From the IMG/VR virus record IMGVR_UViG_3300032214_000615: 37,949 nucleotides of DNA; one strand, 5' to 3'. A program made the position numbers and the translations under genes. The notes below the pieces were generated by a model. The model saw nothing but the letters and a program-made list of their open reading frames with translations, searched no databases and was not told the DNA's origin. The stretch comes from a virus. Taxonomy: Duplodnaviria > Heunggongvirae > Uroviricota > Caudoviricetes. Numbering within the stretch: the stretch's first letter is position 1; each line of letters starts with the position of its first letter. This document shows, in pieces, positions 14,529 to 24,035 of this stretch.

Positions 14529-16605
14529 CTTCTATTTCGTTAAAGGACGTAAATCCGTTTTCTTTTACTACTTTTAGAATATTATTGACTCTGCTAGTTA
14601 GCTCATCGCGATGACTTACTAGCCATACTGATTTGTTTCGCGCTCTGCAAAAATCTTTTAACAGCGCTAATCCATTTTCAAGACCGATAATGTCTAATCC
14701 AGAATCCATAAGTTCATCAATAAACAACAGATTACAACTGTGATACAGATTCTCATACACATCACGAAATGCGAATGACAGTCCTAGAACAACTCTTGTA
14801 CGCTCTCCTCTACTAAGTGAGTCAAAGTCCAACTCACGACCTAATTCGGTAATCTCAACGCTCAAATCATTCTGAAACACTACACGATGCGGCAATCCCA
14901 TCTTGTCTAGATAGTGTGTCAGTCTGGCATTCAGATAAGACAGATTCTGCTCAATGATCTTCTTGCGAACAAATGACTTCTTGTTAGTCAACAAGTCAAG
15001 CAAATAATCCTGATGCTGTAGAACTCTAGTCAGGCGATTCATCTCTGTAAAATCAACCGCAACAATAGCGTTGTTCTGCATGTCAGCAATTTGATCAGCA
15101 TATGGATCCTCTTCACTGTGCTTCTTTTCAATCTGGTCCAACAGTGTTTGAACACGACCACTGTGCTTGAATGCCGCTTCTTCAGTGTCGTAGTGTGTAG
15201 TTGGAATTGTACCTAACACAACACCACTGTTCTCTAGCAGTTGCTCAGCATAGGGATCAGTCTCACTACTCTTTGCTTTTATTTGAGTCTTGATATTTTC
15301 CAACTCACTACTATGTTTGATTGCTTCTGTTTCTGTTTTATAGTGTGTGATGGGCTTAGTAATTACATGAATCGGATTTTTTACTAGTTCATCTAGTTGA
15401 AACTTTAAATCCGATAGAGTGCTTTTACACTCACTCAACAAAGAGATTTTGTTTTCTAAAACGGTGGTGTGTTGATCGTCATGAAATTCTTGACCACAGG
15501 CGTAACACCGGTGTTCTTGTAATGTTTTTACTTCGGCTTCAAGTTTCTTTAGATTTTTGTCTTCACGCGCAATATCTTTGCGTAAACTTTCTAGCTTACT
15601 GTCATACGCAGCCTTTAGTGTGACTTGATCGTTATAAACTTTCAGATCAGTGTGTGCTTGTAATTCAGCAGCAATGTCAATACTGCTGAGACTATCAAAC
15701 GACTGTTGTAAGTCGGCGATTTCATTGTCTAACTTTTGACGCCAGACAGTTTGTCTAGCAAGCAGCGCGTTATAACGATTCAAACGCTCTACATTGGCTG
15801 AGTATACTGCTAGATCCTTGTGCGCACGTAGTTCAGCATCAATATCAATCTTACACAGTTCATCATACTCAGTGATCAACTTAGTCAAGTCTTCGTCGTG
15901 TTTTGCTACCCATAATTTCTGACGCTTCTTCAAACTGTCAATCTGCTCAGTGATGCGCTTGTTGGCAGTTTCAATACCGTTGACTCTAAACTCTTCACGC
16001 TGAATATCTTCTTTTGTTTTTCGGTTTAGTTCTTTGATTGCTTCTGCCTTTTCGCTAAGCAGAGTAATACCAAGCAACTGCTCAATGATTGCTCGTTGAT
16101 CACTGACCTTCATGCTTAGAAATGGCGTAGTGTAACTATTGAGCCCAACGATGTGCTGAAACATATCATTCGTCATAGCAAGAATACGTTCAATCGCTTG
16201 TTGAGTTTCTTTGTTCTCACCCTGAGCATCACTGTCAGTATCACTCTGCTCTCTCTGCTCTTTGTCATTGACGAAGAACTTTAGCACATTTGGCTTGCGA
16301 CCACGAATGATTTTATAATCAACGCCATTGACACTGAACTCAACCGTAGCAACCATATGCTTGCCATTGGTTCGGTTTATCAGATTGTCTTTCTTTATTT
16401 GATTAATCGGACTACCGAATAGAGCATAACTAAGCCCCTGTAGAATAGTAGTCTTGCCAGTTCCATTTCTAGCACCATCTCCGCCCAAGTCCAAGTTCTC
16501 GCCTAGAATCAGTGTCAGATTCTTACGATCAAACTTTATTTCTTGAGCAACATTTCCAATGCTTAAGAAATTCTTAAGAGTTAAAGTCTTGATTATAATA
16601 GTCAT
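14524..16605 (-). CDS. gp46: Recombination ATPase (T4 gp46 / Rad50 / SbcC)
   Basis: Walker A NGTGKT, zinc hook CYAC, signature LSRGE, Walker B LLFIDE, H-loop VSH. Confidence 0.95.
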   Translation of the reverse strand: MTIIIKTLTLKNFLSIGNVAQEIKFDRKNLTLILGENLDLGGDGARNGTGKTTILQGLSYALFGSPINQIKKDNLINRTNGKHMVATVEFSVNGVDYKIIRGRKPNVLKFFVNDKEQREQSDTDSDAQGENKETQQAIERILAMTNDMFQHIVGLNSYTTPFLSMKVSDQRAIIEQLLGITLLSEKAEAIKELNRKTKEDIQREEFRVNGIETANKRITEQIDSLKKRQKLWVAKHDEDLTKLITEYDELCKIDIDAELRAHKDLAVYSANVERLNRYNALLARQTVWRQKLDNEIADLQQSFDSLSSIDIAAELQAHTDLKVYNDQVTLKAAYDSKLESLRKDIAREDKNLKKLEAEVKTLQEHRCYACGQEFHDDQHTTVLENKISLLSECKSTLSDLKFQLDELVKNPIHVITKPITHYKTETEAIKHSSELENIKTQIKAKSSETDPYAEQLLENSGVVLGTIPTTHYDTEEAAFKHSGRVQTLLDQIEKKHSEEDPYADQIADMQNNAIVAVDFTEMNRLTRVLQHQDYLLDLLTNKKSFVRKKIIEQNLSYLNARLTHYLDKMGLPHRVVFQNDLSVEITELGRELDFDSLSRGERTRVVLGLSFAFRDVYENLYHSCNLLFIDELMDSGLDIIGLENGLALLKDFCRARNKSVWLVSHRDELTSRVNNILKVVKENGFTSFNEIEE

Positions 16606-17615
16606 AGATTTTGATAAATGTCTAGGAGTAATTTCTTGTCAAATGCGCCTTCAGATAATTGCTGAATCTGTTCTTGTATGATACTATCAACCGACTCAAA
16701 TTTCATATTTGTGTAGTCCGTATCGTCTTGTTCTAAATCAACCTTCATGGGAATTAAGGTCATCTCTCGTAGTTGATATTTTGGAAGTAATTGCTCACGA
16801 ATGAAGTTGCTTTCTTCGTAGGTAACATCAACATCTAAGTTAATACGCACATGCATGTCCCGTTCCAATAGTGTTTCGTCTGAAAGTATGTCGCTTAATT
16901 TATATACACGAAATTTAGGTTGATTGGGCCAGCTAACGAATTTAGCTTCGCCACTCCAATCCAGTATCATCATACCGCGATCATCATCGTTCACATCAGC
17001 GTAGTTATGTGGAAATGCGTTTCCAATATAGGTAATGTTTTTACGAAACTGTCGCTTGTGAAAGTGACCGCTGAACACTCTTTCAAAACCACTCATGTGT
17101 TCTGCCTGTAGTTCTCCGTGATCTGGCATTTCAACCAACGCATTCATATAAAAATGTGGAAGCTCAAAATGTCCAAACATATACTTGCCAGACATGTTCT
17201 TGAGTTTTTTCCAATCTTCTTGAACTAGCCACGGAGCAATTGTTACGTCACCACTATGAAAAAAGTCATTGATAATTTGTACACGAGACAAATGCTTGGC
17301 CCATTCTACGCTGTGAATGTCGCGCTTATCTCTGTAATAGAGATCATGATTCCCCGGAATGAAAAATACTTGATCAAAAGCAGCATTCAATTGCTCAAGT
17401 GCTCGCAATCCAAATTGTAGTGTTTGAATATTGATGCTAGCGCGATGATGGTTCCAATCTCCAAGAAAGAAGCATACATCACAGCCGTGTTTCTTGGCGG
17501 TATCTATAAACCATTCTACGAAATTGGTACAGTCTAGATTGTGTTGAACACTGTTGCTCTTAAGTCCCCAGTGAATATCAGAGCAAACTGCCGCACGATT
17601 AAAAAGTTTTCCCAT
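16602..17615 (-). CDS. gp47: Recombination nuclease (T4 gp47 / Mre11 / SbcD)
   Basis: Metallophosphoesterase motifs SDIHWG, LGDW, PGNHD, GHFE, GHFH. Confidence 0.95.
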   Translation of the reverse strand: MGKLFNRAAVCSDIHWGLKSNSVQHNLDCTNFVEWFIDTAKKHGCDVCFFLGDWNHHRASINIQTLQFGLRALEQLNAAFDQVFFIPGNHDLYYRDKRDIHSVEWAKHLSRVQIINDFFHSGDVTIAPWLVQEDWKKLKNMSGKYMFGHFELPHFYMNALVEMPDHGELQAEHMSGFERVFSGHFHKRQFRKNITYIGNAFPHNYADVNDDDRGMMILDWSGEAKFVSWPNQPKFRVYKLSDILSDETLLERDMHVRINLDVDVTYEESNFIREQLLPKYQLREMTLIPMKVDLEQDDTDYTNMKFESVDSIIQEQIQQLSEGAFDKKLLLDIYQNL

Positions 17616-18372
17616 TTATTTCCTTTAAAAAATATCCATTGTGAAACAAGCCAATCGCCGATTTTTCTCTGATAGTACACATCCATTGACCTGTTTTTCG
17701 TTGAAACTCGCTTACACTATTGTATACTTCTATGCTACCATCTTCACGCAAAACGGTAACTTTCTTTGAATTTTTTTCAGCTCCCTTTAGTCCATTTTGA
17801 ATACTATAGTGCTTTACGAGTTCAGGATTTTCTTCTCTCCATTTTTTAATTCCAGCACTATGTTTATCCTTTGATCCCGGCACATATTCATAGTATCGCT
17901 TTAACGTTTCGGACCTATTTGTGTTAGCCTCATTAGTGTGACAGTGCTTTATCATTTCTTTTCTTTGTTCAAATGTAGTATTACTCCACCGTTTTTGATT
18001 AAATACTCTCCATTGTTCTCCTAATGCTTCGCGTATGATTTCTATTTCATCATCGTTAAACATTGTTAGATCGTTATTTAACCCATCACCGCCTGGAGTA
18101 CTGTTTAATCCATTTTTATAAGAATCGTAATGTTTGATATACTTTATTTCGGATAATGCAAGTTGAGAAATTGATGTAAAACCGCTATCAATTACTTCAT
18201 ATACACAATTTTTAGAACCGTATTTGTGTATAGCCTGATGAAATTTTCCTTTTGGATTAGTGATAGAATTTTTGAGGTGAGTTTTCCATCTACTCATTTT
18301 GTATTCTGGCTTTGTGTCTAAGCCAATATAAACTTGATTGAGTGGAATTATCGTGACTTTGTATATAAACAT
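17599..18372 (-). CDS. GIY-YIG (Seg-like) free-standing homing endonuclease
   Basis: FIY...VYIG, RWKTH, SEIKYI and GLNSTPGGDG motifs; inserted between gp55 and gp47, overlapping the gp47 start by 17 nt. Confidence 0.88.
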   Translation of the reverse strand: MFIYKVTIIPLNQVYIGLDTKPEYKMSRWKTHLKNSITNPKGKFHQAIHKYGSKNCVYEVIDSGFTSISQLALSEIKYIKHYDSYKNGLNSTPGGDGLNNDLTMFNDDEIEIIREALGEQWRVFNQKRWSNTTFEQRKEMIKHCHTNEANTNRSETLKRYYEYVPGSKDKHSAGIKKWREENPELVKHYSIQNGLKGAEKNSKKVTVLREDGSIEVYNSVSEFQRKTGQWMCTIREKSAIGLFHNGYFLKEINGKTF

Positions 18373-18374
18373 AT

Positions 18375-18420
18375 TTTATCCCCAAATGAATGATAGGTTT
18401 ATTTATCACTCAGGGATAAA
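18375..18420 (-). promoter_or_regulatory. SD-sequestering hairpin containing a late promoter (GATAAATA, 18400-18407)
   Basis: mRNA UUUAUCCC-UGAGUGAUA-AAUAAACC-UAUCAUUCA-UUUG-GGGAUAAA-AU-AUG. Confidence 0.8.
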
Positions 18421-18431
18421 GACATTACCAA

Positions 18432-19316
18432 TTATTCGTCTGAATGATGACCTTCGCTATTCTGTCTGCTCCAACTTGGATTCAATCCATTCATTTCCAA
18501 AATATCGTCGCGAATGTTTTGATTTCGTTTTTCCGAATTTAGTACTCGTCTAAAGCTGTTGTTTATGGCGGCCGTGTAGTATGCAAATGGATTTTGACTT
18601 TTGGATTCGTTGAATCTCAGCCCAACATATGTTAGCTGAAGTATTGCAGAGCCACGCATTTCATCTACATAAGTATAACCTCGCCAGTTAAAACGCATGG
18701 CGTATTTCTCGCACAGCATCAAATACATCTTGGCTAATTTGTTTGTGATATGACCGTGATCCTTTGAAAAAGAACCAGTGCTTAAATCTCCAGCCCAATG
18801 ACTTTTACCAACACAAATTAGATTATCGTATTCGTCAAACTTGTAATGCTGAAATGGAGGAAAATTAACACGAATATGAACCATATCATCCATACCCATT
18901 TCTTTTGCCAATTCACTATCTTCTAAATCATCAAATGATACTGCTGCTGCTTCATCATCGTCAAAGTCAAAAATTTCTTTAGCGCTCTTTGGTTTAACTG
19001 TTTTTCTTGGTTGTTTGGGTGCTAGTGGAATATGATCCCAAGTCATGACTCTGAATATTAAGTCTGTTTTCTTTATGTCACTGATATCTATTTTTTCTTT
19101 ATCCGCTTTTGCTTCTATTGCGTTTTGAATAGTGCTGGGACGAGAAGTGTACTCTAGATTTTTTTCTAAACTACTGTTGTCTTCGTAGTCAATGATATAG
19201 TCATACTTGTGATATTCTGGGTCACTATACACGCAGTAGGTGTTTTTGCTTAGATGAATCTCTTTGAGAATATCTTTATTGTTTAGATAGTTTACGGGTT
19301 TTTTTTGTATACTCAT
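18432..19316 (-). CDS. gp55: Late-transcription sigma factor (T4 gp55 family) with large insertion
   Basis: YLNNKDI N-terminus; RFNWRGYTYVDEM; RFNESKSQNPFAYYT...SFRRVLNSEK core. Confidence 0.9.
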   Translation of the reverse strand: MSIQKKPVNYLNNKDILKEIHLSKNTYCVYSDPEYHKYDYIIDYEDNSSLEKNLEYTSRPSTIQNAIEAKADKEKIDISDIKKTDLIFRVMTWDHIPLAPKQPRKTVKPKSAKEIFDFDDDEAAAVSFDDLEDSELAKEMGMDDMVHIRVNFPPFQHYKFDEYDNLICVGKSHWAGDLSTGSFSKDHGHITNKLAKMYLMLCEKYAMRFNWRGYTYVDEMRGSAILQLTYVGLRFNESKSQNPFAYYTAAINNSFRRVLNSEKRNQNIRDDILEMNGLNPSWSRQNSEGHHSDE

Positions 19317-19340
19317 TATTAAAGGTTGTTATATGTTAGT

Positions 19341-19368
19341 AGTGTATCATAAAGACAACACAAGTCAA
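19341..19368 (-). promoter_or_regulatory. Host sigma70-type promoter for the gp55 operon
   Basis: TTGACT, 16-nt spacer, TACACT with an extended -10 TG. Confidence 0.6.
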
Positions 19369-19395
19369 TAGAAGTGGAATGAAAAAGTCGCATAT

Positions 19396-19411
19396 TATTT
19401 AGGACTAAATA
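19396..19411. promoter_or_regulatory. Palindromic back-to-back late promoters
   Basis: TATTTAG-GA-CTAAATA perfect inverted repeat between gp55 and the baseplate operon. Confidence 0.65.
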
Positions 19412-19432
19412 TGTTATAGGAATCTATAGATT

Positions 19433-21211
19433 ATGGCCGACAATAAAACTGCTAATGAATGGAAACAATCTGCTACTACTCTGAATGCTCAAATTGATAA
19501 ACTTCAAGCAGATCAAGATAATGTTGCGGATAAAATAAGTCAGCTCACTCAACAGCAAATTAAATTATTAGGGGTAACTAGAAATCTTCCAGCTGGCAGT
19601 GCTGAGCGTAACGCTGCCAATAAAGAATATGGCGAGTTAACGTCACAGATTCAACAATTAACGTCTCAAAAAAATCAATTAAGTCAACAAATAGTAGATA
19701 TAGATTCACAAGTGCAAGCTGCTGAGCGTCAAGCCGGTATCGCCAATGCTGCTGTTGATGACACTAAAAAAAATACGCCGCCTGCCAATTCAAACCCAGG
19801 AAATAATACTGACGTAGCTACTACTTCTGAACCATCATCAAGCACTGGTACTACCGCACAATCAGTTGATTCTCCGACAAACAACAATACAACTGAAAAC
19901 CCAAATTTAGTTCGTCCGCCGACCGTGGCAGAAACTAGTCCCGATACTTCAACTCCTTCAGTACAATCTCTGTCTAGTGGCACTAATTTAGAACCATCGC
20001 CTCCAGCAATACAAGTTCCTGACGAATTATCTCAGCAAGCTTCGTCGAGTGAATCTGCTAGCACTCCGACAGTAAGTGAAGCGCCTGCGGATGAGCCATA
20101 CACTGATCCTAATCAAAGAATAGATATTACATATCAAATCACTGGAAGATATCCAGGCATACAAAAAGCTCCACTGCCAGTACTGACACCGAATCTGTCG
20201 GCCACTGGTGACATTCCAGTAAATATAACTATACCTCCAGTAGTCCCGGCCGAGGAGCCGCAAACTCCATTTACAGCAGAAGATTTACAACCAGGAAGAA
20301 CAGGGGTAAATCCACCCATCCCAGACGAGCCGCCGCAAACTCCATTTACAGCAGAAGATTTACAACCAGGAAGAACAGGGGTAAATCCACCTGCGCCTCC
20401 ACCGGCCCCACGTTCACCGCCTCCAATCATAGCTACTAAGAAAAAAACAGACTGGAGATTTAGAATCAGTTTATCCGATAAAGCAGAGTACTTCTATAAA
20501 ATAGCCGAGCGTGGACACTTGTTACATCCACTAAAGACAACCAATGGAGTTATATTTCCGTACACTCCGGACATATCAGTATCATACGTGGCTAATTATG
20601 AGCCTACTGAAATCACACACTCAAACTACAGAATTCATAACTACAAGAGTAGTGCCATAGAAAACATTACTATTAATGGAGAATTTACGGCACAAGATTC
20701 GATAGAAGCGGAATACGTATTGGCGGTAATACACTTTTTTAGATGTGCTACTAAGATGTTTTACGGAAAAGACACTAGCCCAAAAGCAGGAACTCCACCA
20801 CCGCTGTGTTATATGAGTGGGCACGGAACATACGGGTTTGATAATCATCCAATAGTAATTACTAATTTTACTCTTAGCTATCCAAACGATGTTGACTATA
20901 TAAGTACTGGTGACAATACCAATTACGCTTTACCGACGTACAACAAACCAATAATCGGTCAACCAACTAGATTACAACGTCTTATGAAATCCGGATTGAA
21001 ACCTGATGGCAGCGCAGTCTCCGCGCCAAAAGTAAACACACAAACAAGCACTACGGAAATAACAAGAATTCCGTCTAAATTAAAAATAAGTATAAGTGCT
21101 ATACCGATAGTAACTAGAAATGATATCAGTAATAATTTTAGTCTAGCTGAGTACGCTAGTGGAGCGTTATTACGTGCGGATAAAAATAAAACAAAAAGAG
21201 GAATGTGGTAA
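19433..21211 (+). CDS. Baseplate tail-tube initiator (gp48/gp54-like C-terminal domain) with long coiled-coil and Pro/Ser/Thr-rich N-terminus
   Basis: FPYTP..., ITINGEFTAQD...EA, PPPLCY, VITNF...YPNDVDYI; immediately upstream of gp53. Confidence 0.7.
   Translation: MADNKTANEWKQSATTLNAQIDKLQADQDNVADKISQLTQQQIKLLGVTRNLPAGSAERNAANKEYGELTSQIQQLTSQKNQLSQQIVDIDSQVQAAERQAGIANAAVDDTKKNTPPANSNPGNNTDVATTSEPSSSTGTTAQSVDSPTNNNTTENPNLVRPPTVAETSPDTSTPSVQSLSSGTNLEPSPPAIQVPDELSQQASSSESASTPTVSEAPADEPYTDPNQRIDITYQITGRYPGIQKAPLPVLTPNLSATGDIPVNITIPPVVPAEEPQTPFTAEDLQPGRTGVNPPIPDEPPQTPFTAEDLQPGRTGVNPPAPPPAPRSPPPIIATKKKTDWRFRISLSDKAEYFYKIAERGHLLHPLKTTNGVIFPYTPDISVSYVANYEPTEITHSNYRIHNYKSSAIENITINGEFTAQDSIEAEYVLAVIHFFRCATKMFYGKDTSPKAGTPPPLCYMSGHGTYGFDNHPIVITNFTLSYPNDVDYISTGDNTNYALPTYNKPIIGQPTRLQRLMKSGLKPDGSAVSAPKVNTQTSTTEITRIPSKLKISISAIPIVTRNDISNNFSLAEYASGALLRADKNKTKRGMW
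20257..20391 (+). repeat. Perfect 60-bp direct repeat (20257-20316 and 20332-20391)
   Basis: Encodes PQTPFTAEDLQPGRTGVNPP twice. Confidence 0.95.
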
Positions 21212-21510
21212 TGGCATATCCAGCAAACAGTGTGTACTTTGATAGTAGTATAGTTAACAATCAATATCTGGATGTAATGATTAATCGTCCAGTGCTTGGC
21301 GATCAATCGGATGTGTATTGGAAAATTACGTCCACATATAACTTACGACCGGACTTACTAGCTTATGACTTGTACAACGATAGTAAATTATGGTGGATAT
21401 TTGCTCAGCGAAATCCAAACACACTTAAGGATCCATTATTTGACTTTGTAACAGGAGTCAGTATATATATTCCAAATCAAACTCAATTAACTACAGCACT
21501 AGGACTATAA
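21211..21510 (+). CDS. gp53: Baseplate wedge protein (T4 gp53-like, LysM fold)
   Basis: RPDLLAYDLYNDSKLWWIF..RN; ATG 21211 overlaps the upstream TAA. Confidence 0.85.
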   Translation: MAYPANSVYFDSSIVNNQYLDVMINRPVLGDQSDVYWKITSTYNLRPDLLAYDLYNDSKLWWIFAQRNPNTLKDPLFDFVTGVSIYIPNQTQLTTALGL

Positions 21511-24033
21511 ATGACTGTTGTAAGCGACGAAAATCTAAAGTCTCAGGCTGCTGCTCCCGAGAAATCAAAAGATGTAATTACAACAGCCTTAAGAAGAAAA
21601 AATCCACTAGGGCACTATAGTAGCTACACTTATAACATTACGTTGTATATGGCAACACCAGAAGCCATAGCAAAATTTATAAATTCTGGAAAATTTGAAA
21701 GACGCGGTGGAGGATATTATATAGTAGCTCAGAGTGGTGGCATAAGTCCAGCCGAGCCGCGATTAATGACTTCAAGCGGTAAACTAGGCCCGGGTGCTGG
21801 TCTAGATTTTTACATAGATGATTTAGATTTTGAAATATTAATGCCAGGTGGAGACAAAACTCCATCTGTTGGAACACAACTAAATTTCAAAATAATTGAG
21901 CCAATTGGATTTACATTGTTCACTAAATTGTCTCAGGCGTGCGCTCTTATAAATCAAGAAAGCGATATACTTAAAGAGGGTCCAAAACCAAACTTGTTTC
22001 AACAGCATTACGTTATTGGAATAAGATTTTATGGGTACGATGAGGCTGGAAATATTATTACAGGAAAAGAATTCAGCAGAAAAGAACAGTCGGGTTACGT
22101 AGACGCTGAAACCGCTATCACTGATGATTACGCATCGTTTGAAAGATTTTTTCCTATTGTAATGAACAAAGCCACGTATAAACTAGATGGACGCACAGTG
22201 ACCTACAATGTAGAAGCATCATCTCTAAATCTACAAGCTAGTTTCGGCGCAAAACGTGGCATGGTAAAAAAACAGTCTACTATAGTGGCGGGAACAGTAG
22301 ACGAGGCACTACAGTCGGAAGGAAAATCAAGCGCTACTAGTCGAGGACTCATGCAGATACTAAACGAACAAGAGCTTGACGAAGTGTCTAATAAGTTAAT
22401 TAATGAGCCTTCCAAGTACTCAATTGAATGGAACTTAAAAGAAAGTATCAAAACTGAAAAATTAAACAGTGATAAGGAGTATCAAAATCAGCTAGCGGTT
22501 CTTCCAGGAATAGCAAGAACGTCGGATGTTGATGTTAAAGCGTCAGCAAGCTCACAATCTATTCCATCTGGAAAACAATTAATACCAATAGCAGCGGGAA
22601 CATCTATACTAAGTGTAATAGACAATGTAATTACAAAAAGTGAATACGTAAGCAAGGCATTGATAGCACAAAACACTAGTGCGATTGAAACTGCTACGAA
22701 GAAAAATGAAACCACGTTGGAATTGAATTGGTTTACGGTAAATCCCGTTGTTTATCCACTGAAATTTGATCCAAAGACAAATGACTGGGCATACAACATT
22801 ACCTATCAAATACAAGAGTACAAGGTTCCTTATCTTAGAACACTGTACAAGGCAAAAAATACCAGATATTACGGCCCGCATAAGGAGTATAACTTTTTCT
22901 TAACTGGTAAGAATACCGAAGTAATTAGCTACGAACAAAGCTACGATAATCAATTTTATATTATTGCTGCTATGTCTACTTCAAATGATGTGGACACTAC
23001 AGCAAACGTTGGATCGGTTCCAGTTAGACCACAAGTCACTAGCACTGGATCGCCAGCTATGGGTAAACAGAACAAGGGTAGTGAAATTAACACAAATGTA
23101 AGAGCTAATTTATTCAGCGTTGCTGATCAGGCTATGGCCAAAATAAGAATATTGGGCGATCCCGATTATCTCATGCAGAACATCAGTGCTGCGCCAAAAT
23201 TTACTAGCGACAATTTTAAAAAGATGTACGGCGGCGATGGGTTCAGTATTAATCCATACGGCGGACAAATATTTGTCGAGATAATTTTTAAATTAGCAGA
23301 AGATTATCAAGACAATGGATTGCTAGATGTTAATAATCAAATAAAATTTTACTCTACGTTTGACGCCACTCAGAGCAAAATTCAGGGCGTAGTATACAGA
23401 GTTGCGGGAGTAAAGAACTTGTTCAGTCGTGGACAATTTACTCAGGAATTGGACTTGATTCTCATACAAGATAGTCAGTTAAATCTAGATGATAAGCCAA
23501 ATGGAATACAAGCACCGCGCGCTGAACCTGGGGCTATTAATTCCTCTACCGATAGAACATCAAAGCAAATAGAGGAAGCAAAAAGAGTGGAACAAGAGGG
23601 TGGATGGAAATATAGAACGGTCTTAACGGATCAGCAAGCAAGGGATGCCGATAAAAGAGTGGTTGGAGCCCCGCTAAATGATATTAGACAGCGAGAGACT
23701 AACAAACCGAACTTGGCTAATGCTTCATCGGTCTTTAAACAAAGTTCTGATAATTCTTCAAGACCGAATTACACAATTACCGATACTGTTCCGAGATACA
23801 ACCCAAAAAATTTTTACTCAGTGCCGGTAAATATAGACACTCCGAATGGACCAGTCGTGGATGAAGAGGGAACTATTACTAAAAAAGATGATAAAAAATC
23901 AGATACTCAATCGGTGTCTGTTAACCAACGACTCACTGAAGCTTTTAGTGGGGGAAATAAGAATCTCATCAATCAGTTACGCTCTAAATTAGGAATACCA
24001 GTAGGCGGTACTGGTGGGGGTCGCGGTGGATAA
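21511..24033 (+). CDS. Baseplate hub protein (gp27-like position)
   Basis: Between gp53 and gp5; ILGDP motif and late VAGVKNLFSRGQFTQEL strand typical of hub proteins. Confidence 0.6.
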   Translation: MTVVSDENLKSQAAAPEKSKDVITTALRRKNPLGHYSSYTYNITLYMATPEAIAKFINSGKFERRGGGYYIVAQSGGISPAEPRLMTSSGKLGPGAGLDFYIDDLDFEILMPGGDKTPSVGTQLNFKIIEPIGFTLFTKLSQACALINQESDILKEGPKPNLFQQHYVIGIRFYGYDEAGNIITGKEFSRKEQSGYVDAETAITDDYASFERFFPIVMNKATYKLDGRTVTYNVEASSLNLQASFGAKRGMVKKQSTIVAGTVDEALQSEGKSSATSRGLMQILNEQELDEVSNKLINEPSKYSIEWNLKESIKTEKLNSDKEYQNQLAVLPGIARTSDVDVKASASSQSIPSGKQLIPIAAGTSILSVIDNVITKSEYVSKALIAQNTSAIETATKKNETTLELNWFTVNPVVYPLKFDPKTNDWAYNITYQIQEYKVPYLRTLYKAKNTRYYGPHKEYNFFLTGKNTEVISYEQSYDNQFYIIAAMSTSNDVDTTANVGSVPVRPQVTSTGSPAMGKQNKGSEINTNVRANLFSVADQAMAKIRILGDPDYLMQNISAAPKFTSDNFKKMYGGDGFSINPYGGQIFVEIIFKLAEDYQDNGLLDVNNQIKFYSTFDATQSKIQGVVYRVAGVKNLFSRGQFTQELDLILIQDSQLNLDDKPNGIQAPRAEPGAINSSTDRTSKQIEEAKRVEQEGGWKYRTVLTDQQARDADKRVVGAPLNDIRQRETNKPNLANASSVFKQSSDNSSRPNYTITDTVPRYNPKNFYSVPVNIDTPNGPVVDEEGTITKKDDKKSDTQSVSVNQRLTEAFSGGNKNLINQLRSKLGIPVGGTGGGRGG

Positions 24034-24035
24034 TT

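Noticed and set aside
14524-16605. Intein or intron explaining the long gp46
   Set aside because: No intein splice or LAGLIDADG motifs are visible; the extra length is explained by coiled-coil duplications.
18338-18553. 71-aa plus-strand ORF across the gp55/endonuclease junction
   Set aside because: Antisense to two real genes and spans the regulatory hairpin; no RBS or motif.
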